A DNA stretch of 61,783 nucleotides from Bdellovibrionales bacterium (lineage in GTDB: Bacteria > Bdellovibrionota > Bdellovibrionia > Bdellovibrionales > UBA1609), in contig JAKUPT010000009.1 of assembly GCA_022450595.1 (NCBI GenBank), forward strand, positions 1 to 61,783, in the 5' to 3' direction. The notes beneath the pieces are model-generated. The model worked only from the letters and a program-made list of their open reading frames with translations, searched no databases and was not told the DNA's origin. This document shows, piece after piece, positions 57,591 to 61,783 of this stretch (positions within the stretch are counted from its first letter, which is position 1; every line of letters starts with the position of its first letter). The position numbers and the translations under genes were made by a program.

Positions 57591-58259
57591 ATGCAAAAGA
57601 GTTTTTTAATATTTATACTTGCTGTTTTTTTAACTCCCAATGTATTTTCTCATTCAGAGCATTCAGAGCATTCAGAGCATTCAGAGCATTCAGAGCATTC
57701 AGAAAGTCATAAAATTACTTATGGTTTTAAAACTTATCTTCCCCAGACCAGAAACTACAATTTAGAGTTTGGAAGTTTTTGGGAAACGACCAATATGTAT
57801 TGGTTGGGCGGGCAGTTTGGTTTTTTTATTAACGATAGCTGCTTATTTAGTTCTGATTGTCATCAGTATTTAGAGCTCACTGGGGGCCTTGGTGGACGCG
57901 ATGGCCAAACCCACGGCTTATTATTGCTGGGGTATACGGAAGAGTTTTACTTTTTAAAACAAAAGGGACTGGCTCCAAGTTCGAGTCTTCAAGTCGGAGC
58001 TATGACTTACAGCGATCCCAGAAGAAGTTACACAAAAGGCACAGTGGCTTTTACTCAAAGCCTTACCATGGCGGCCCATGAAAACTTAAACATTAAACTC
58101 TCTGCACGGGTAGGCTTTGCCGATCATCATATATGGAGTCAGGCGGTTTTGTCCTTAGGGCTTCGGTTGGACAGTTTGGTTTTTTACATTGGTGATAAGA
58201 TGAAAAGCTTTGGAAATGAGGCTTTAGATACTGGAAAGACTTTGATTCAACAAAAATAA
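57591..58259 (+). CDS. Hypothetical exported beta-rich protein with an N-terminal (HSE)6 repeat
   Basis: AGGAGG RBS, signal peptide, His-Ser-Glu x6, then amphipathic beta-strands. Confidence 0.75.
   Translation: MQKSFLIFILAVFLTPNVFSHSEHSEHSEHSEHSEHSESHKITYGFKTYLPQTRNYNLEFGSFWETTNMYWLGGQFGFFINDSCLFSSDCHQYLELTGGLGGRDGQTHGLLLLGYTEEFYFLKQKGLAPSSSLQVGAMTYSDPRRSYTKGTVAFTQSLTMAAHENLNIKLSARVGFADHHIWSQAVLSLGLRLDSLVFYIGDKMKSFGNEALDTGKTLIQQK
57651..57704 (+). repeat. 9-bp in-frame tandem repeat (CATTCAGAG) x6
   Basis: Five perfect copies plus CATTCAGAA, encoding HSE x6. Confidence 0.95.
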
Positions 58260-58283
58260 AAAACCGGCTCGTCAATGAGCCGG
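58252..58283 (-). terminator. Rho-independent terminator
   Basis: CCGGCTC-N6-GAGCCGG with a T-tract on the minus strand, between convergent genes. Confidence 0.7.
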
Positions 58284-58324
58284 AAAAGGAGTTGTTGTTT
58301 TAAAGGATAAAGTTAAGGTAATTC

Positions 58325-59974
58325 TTACTGTCTACTTTGACGATTTCTAATGATGTTGTTTCTTTGTGCATCAGACAGTCTTGGTAAAGACGTGGTGTTG
58401 TTAATAAAGTCATTGATGTTATATCTGTCAGTCACAATACTTGGTGAAAAACCTTCGTTGGTGTACGTGTATCTTTCGTACTTTTGTGGCACAAGTGCTT
58501 GACGAGCATCAGAGATTGTATCTATGAACTCAATTGGAAAGTCGCCTCTTACGCCATCGCTGAATTTTACAGAAGCCATCTCTTTGTATACATCTTCTGC
58601 ATTTCTACCAGCTGTGTAGCTACATCTGTAGTCAGCATACATGGCCATCTGCATTCCAGCATCACAGTATAGAGTGGTTAAGTTGAAGCCAATGCTGTCA
58701 CTTAGACCTTTACCTAATACAGTCAGATCATTGTAATAGGGGCTTTCTTTGTCTTCATGAGAGTTAATAAGGTCAACTCTAGAGCTATAGTTTTCTCTTA
58801 ACTTATGAAGTCCGTAAAAAGCTCTTTGACGCTGATAAGGGCTTAAACCAGGGTTTCTAAGAGCATCCGCATAATCAATCAATGTGTCTCTGTAGTTAAG
58901 CTCAGTGTTCATCATTTGAAGAGCAGAGTAAGAGCTATCTAATCCAAAATGGGCATCCCACTCATCTAAACCAAGGCCTGCAACCATTCCAAGGTCATCA
59001 ATAATACCACGTGCTTCACGAGGATTACTGCGAATAAAATCTAGTAAGTCATTTTGCATGTGCTTAAAGAAAAACTCTTCAGCTTCTTCTTCATAACCAC
59101 TGTCAGCAAGACTTGTGTATCGGTCTTTTTGACACTCCATACGACTTTTTGAATTGGATCTGTACTTTTTAATATCATCAGATTTTAAAACGTCACTTAC
59201 TAATGTACTGTCAACGTCAGCCATTTCAAGATCGTCCACATCAAGAATATCTAACACACCTTCTAACTCTTCAGGAGTGTGGGCTTCACACAGTTGCATG
59301 CGTTTAGCGATACGTTTAAACTTTTTGAATTCTTTTTCTTTTTCTTTTCTCTCATTAGCGGTTTCTTCGGCAGCTGCTGCAAGAACGGCAGAAAGTTGGT
59401 TTCTTAATTCTGTGAGGCTACCTACACCGGCTGATTGCGAGTAAATACGAGTAGAAATTGTTTGAACTTCACAGTTGTCACAATTGGCTTCAGTGTTGAT
59501 TCTCTCGCTTAAGTTACGAGCCAAGTCTTCAGGAAGGTTTTTAAGTTCAACCTTATTAAAGACATCTTTTTTTAATTTGTCTTGTTGGGTTTGGTTCGCA
59601 TCAATGTACTCTGATAATGTGGTTGAACCACAGTTGATGTCATCTCTTTGTGCTGTTGTTGTAGACAGCTGACTTAGTAAAGATGTCGAAGATTCTGTGG
59701 CACAAAGGTTATTGATACCTTCTTGTACCTGAAGATCGATAGAGTAAGTTTCTTTACCAATTCGAACTTCTAATGAATCTGCATTTTGAACTTGGTTGTT
59801 CAAAAACACACCTTCATTGTTTTTGTGAGCAGCTGTGTTTGATTTAGAAATACTGGCAAATACAGCTTGTCCTATATTATTATTGTTGTTTTCATGTGCC
59901 TGGTGGGTGTTCCAGGAAATTTGTACAGCGAGTGCTAAAAATAAGCCCGCTTTTAGTATATTTTGTTTTTTCAT
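58325..59974 (-). CDS. Hypothetical secreted protein
   Basis: AAGGAGG RBS before ATG 59974; MKKQNILKAGLFLALAVQ signal; mainly helical with several Cys. Confidence 0.78.
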   Translation of the reverse strand: MKKQNILKAGLFLALAVQISWNTHQAHENNNNNIGQAVFASISKSNTAAHKNNEGVFLNNQVQNADSLEVRIGKETYSIDLQVQEGINNLCATESSTSLLSQLSTTTAQRDDINCGSTTLSEYIDANQTQQDKLKKDVFNKVELKNLPEDLARNLSERINTEANCDNCEVQTISTRIYSQSAGVGSLTELRNQLSAVLAAAAEETANERKEKEKEFKKFKRIAKRMQLCEAHTPEELEGVLDILDVDDLEMADVDSTLVSDVLKSDDIKKYRSNSKSRMECQKDRYTSLADSGYEEEAEEFFFKHMQNDLLDFIRSNPREARGIIDDLGMVAGLGLDEWDAHFGLDSSYSALQMMNTELNYRDTLIDYADALRNPGLSPYQRQRAFYGLHKLRENYSSRVDLINSHEDKESPYYNDLTVLGKGLSDSIGFNLTTLYCDAGMQMAMYADYRCSYTAGRNAEDVYKEMASVKFSDGVRGDFPIEFIDTISDARQALVPQKYERYTYTNEGFSPSIVTDRYNINDFINNTTSLPRLSDAQRNNIIRNRQSRQ

Positions 59975-60135
59975 AACAATCCTCCTTTTATCGGGACATC
60001 CATCCCTACCCACATACACTACAATCCCCAGTCCAAAACACAGTTTTAACCTTAACTATCTGAAATCATTTATTAAATTCAATAAAACCTACATGTTAGA
60101 AATCTACCCCCACTCACACCCCCACCACAGACAAC

Positions 60136-60371
60136 AGTGACGGACTCTCATTTTTTCAGCAATTTCATGCACTTAGCCGTGTCTATTTTTTTTACACCCA
60201 CCCATGCCGAAGACCGTCACTTCGTCCATTCACTTGGCACAGCCTATCCCCAAGCCTCTCATTTCCCCATAATTTCGTCCTCAGACTTGAAATTTGAGTG
60301 ACGGACTATCGCTTTTTTCAAGTGGAGGTGGTGAATTTTAGGGACGGACTCTTAAAATTGAGTGACGGACT
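60136..60371. repeat. Array of five AGTGACGGACT-like 11-mers
   Basis: Direct copies at 60136, 60297 and 60361 (exact) and 60340 (1 mismatch); inverted copy at 60211 (1 mismatch). Confidence 0.85.
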
Positions 60372-60408
60372 TAAAACTTTAAAAATGGCCCATTGGTTGC
60401 AATATTAA

Positions 60409-61275
60409 TTGTTGATGTGTTTAAAGGCCGTGTATGGGGCAAAAAACTGTACTATTTACATACTATGTCTAATTTGTGCCCTTTTTTGGGGATGTAGCTC
60501 AAAAAATCCGGACACTCCTGTGCATTTTTATAAAGAGGTCACTCCCACAATTGCTGACTTCTCCTATCTAGAGCCCGTGCTAAAAGAGGCCCAAAAAATT
60601 AATGTGAATGTGTTTTATGAGCCTAACGCTCAGCCTGCAATTGGGAACCTAGAGCCTGATTTAAAGGTGTGGGATCTTTTAGACCGCAATATCACATCTT
60701 TGATGTCTCAAAGAAAACGCTCTATTGAAATCAATGTCCCTAAAACACTCGCTGAAATGACCCGAATGTCACCAAAATCAAAACAAGCATGGAGTAATAA
60801 AGACTTATTAGAACTTAGCAACACCATAGATTACAGTTTAGAGAGTGCTAAAAAAGGTGAGTTTTATATCGTTTTTGTAAGAGGTTACTTTAAAGACAAT
60901 GCCGGTCATATGAGAAAGTCAGTAGCCGGTGTGAATCTCACCGGAACAACGATTGTTGTTATCTTTAAACAGGTGATTAAAAAAATTCGCTCCACTCCAA
61001 GCTCAAATACAAGGTCTATTGTTGAGCAGGCCACTATCGTTCATGAGTTAGGGCATGCTATGGGGCTAGTGAATACAGGTGTTCCCGCTGTTACTGATCA
61101 TCACGACAGTGTGAATGGAGCCCATTGCAAAAACGCAGATTGTGTTATGTACTGGCTTAATAATGAAGGCGAAAACAATCTAACTGAATTTGCCGATAGA
61201 ATTAAAGACAAATACTTAGACCCAAATTACTCTATGTTTGGTCAAGCCTGCTTACATGATATTGAAATGTTTTAA
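60409..61275 (+). CDS. Zinc metalloprotease lipoprotein (HExxH)
   Basis: LFWGC lipobox; IVHELGHAMGLVN, HC...DCVMYW; start codon uncertain. Confidence 0.8.
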   Translation: MLMCLKAVYGAKNCTIYILCLICALFWGCSSKNPDTPVHFYKEVTPTIADFSYLEPVLKEAQKINVNVFYEPNAQPAIGNLEPDLKVWDLLDRNITSLMSQRKRSIEINVPKTLAEMTRMSPKSKQAWSNKDLLELSNTIDYSLESAKKGEFYIVFVRGYFKDNAGHMRKSVAGVNLTGTTIVVIFKQVIKKIRSTPSSNTRSIVEQATIVHELGHAMGLVNTGVPAVTDHHDSVNGAHCKNADCVMYWLNNEGENNLTEFADRIKDKYLDPNYSMFGQACLHDIEMF

Positions 61276-61783
61276 AGCACTTCAAGGCGAGCGTATTTAA
61301 CCACAAATTTTTTAAGTGTGCTGTTATTGAATAACACACTGACTTTTTGCATCTCACCCATGCCTTCCACTTGATGAATTTTTCCGACTCCAAAAGTAGG
61401 ATGTCTGACCATGCCACCTTTTTTGTACATTGAGCCATGTTCAATTTCATCGGGGAAGTACTGCACATCATCTTCTGGTTCAAAGCTTTGAGTAGACTGA
61501 AAACGATCCATAAATTTAGGGCGTTTAAAAGAAGAGCTTTCATCCAAGTAGTTTTCAGGAATTTCAGAGATAAAACGACTTCGAGAGTTGCGCTGTTCAT
61601 TGCCCCAAATTCTTCTGGTTTGGGCGTGAAGAAGGTAAAGCTTTTCCATAGCCCGAGTCATACCCACATAAGCAAGTCTTCGCTCTTCTTCTAAGGCTGT
61701 TGGATCTGAACTTTCAAAGGCACGCCCTGTTGGAAAAATGCCTTCTTCCATGCCGGCAATAAACACCACTGGGAACTCTAAAC
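61272..61783 (-). CDS. uvrD: UvrD/PcrA-family helicase, C-terminal part (5'-partial)
   Basis: LEFPVVFIAGMEEGIFP, EEERRLAYVGMTRA, SRFISEIP and the C-terminal Tudor-like VRHPTFGVG..KK..KYA.L. Confidence 0.93.
   Translation of the reverse strand, partial: LEFPVVFIAGMEEGIFPTGRAFESSDPTALEEERRLAYVGMTRAMEKLYLLHAQTRRIWGNEQRNSRSRFISEIPENYLDESSSFKRPKFMDRFQSTQSFEPEDDVQYFPDEIEHGSMYKKGGMVRHPTFGVGKIHQVEGMGEMQKVSVLFNNSTLKKFVVKYARLEVL

Noticed and set aside
60136..60371. Possible CRISPR array
   Set aside because: Repeats are only 11 bp, irregularly spaced and in both orientations, with no cas genes.

Overview
AT-rich bacterial chromosome segment, most likely from a Bdellovibrionota (predatory Bdellovibrio-like) organism. 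That placement is an inference from gene order and protein style, not a database result. The window is mostly core genome: purD, an acyl-CoA dehydrogenase, mpaA, glmU-glmS, trmFO, a DUF721/DciA gene, an mlaE/F/D cluster, cheV, pfkA, HU, yacG, ileS-lspA-lgt, a class A PBP, groES and a partial uvrD. It also holds a sigma54-headed flagellar operon (TPR protein, activator, flgBC-fliEFGHIJ-motE-fliK-flgD-TIGR02530-flgE), two sigma54 two-component systems and a HEPN/MNT toxin-antitoxin pair. Several orphan lipoproteins and secreted proteins are interspersed. No rRNA, tRNA, CRISPR array, transposase or prophage was recognised. The strongest leads are: (1) a two-hairpin RNA element plus GGA hairpins in the flgE leader, directly behind a small flagellar-operon protein with a RelE/DUF4258-like RNA-binding signature, suggesting a post-transcriptional hook-control module; (2) a GroES fused to a ~180-aa histone-H1-like Lys/Ala tail, with no groEL in the window, behind a DUF507 pair; (3) a 126-bp element with a perfect 40-bp inverted repeat; (4) an 11-mer repeat array in a divergent promoter; (5) an NxRG beta-solenoid lipoprotein; (6) an in-frame TAA in the essential ileS gene, possibly a sequence error.
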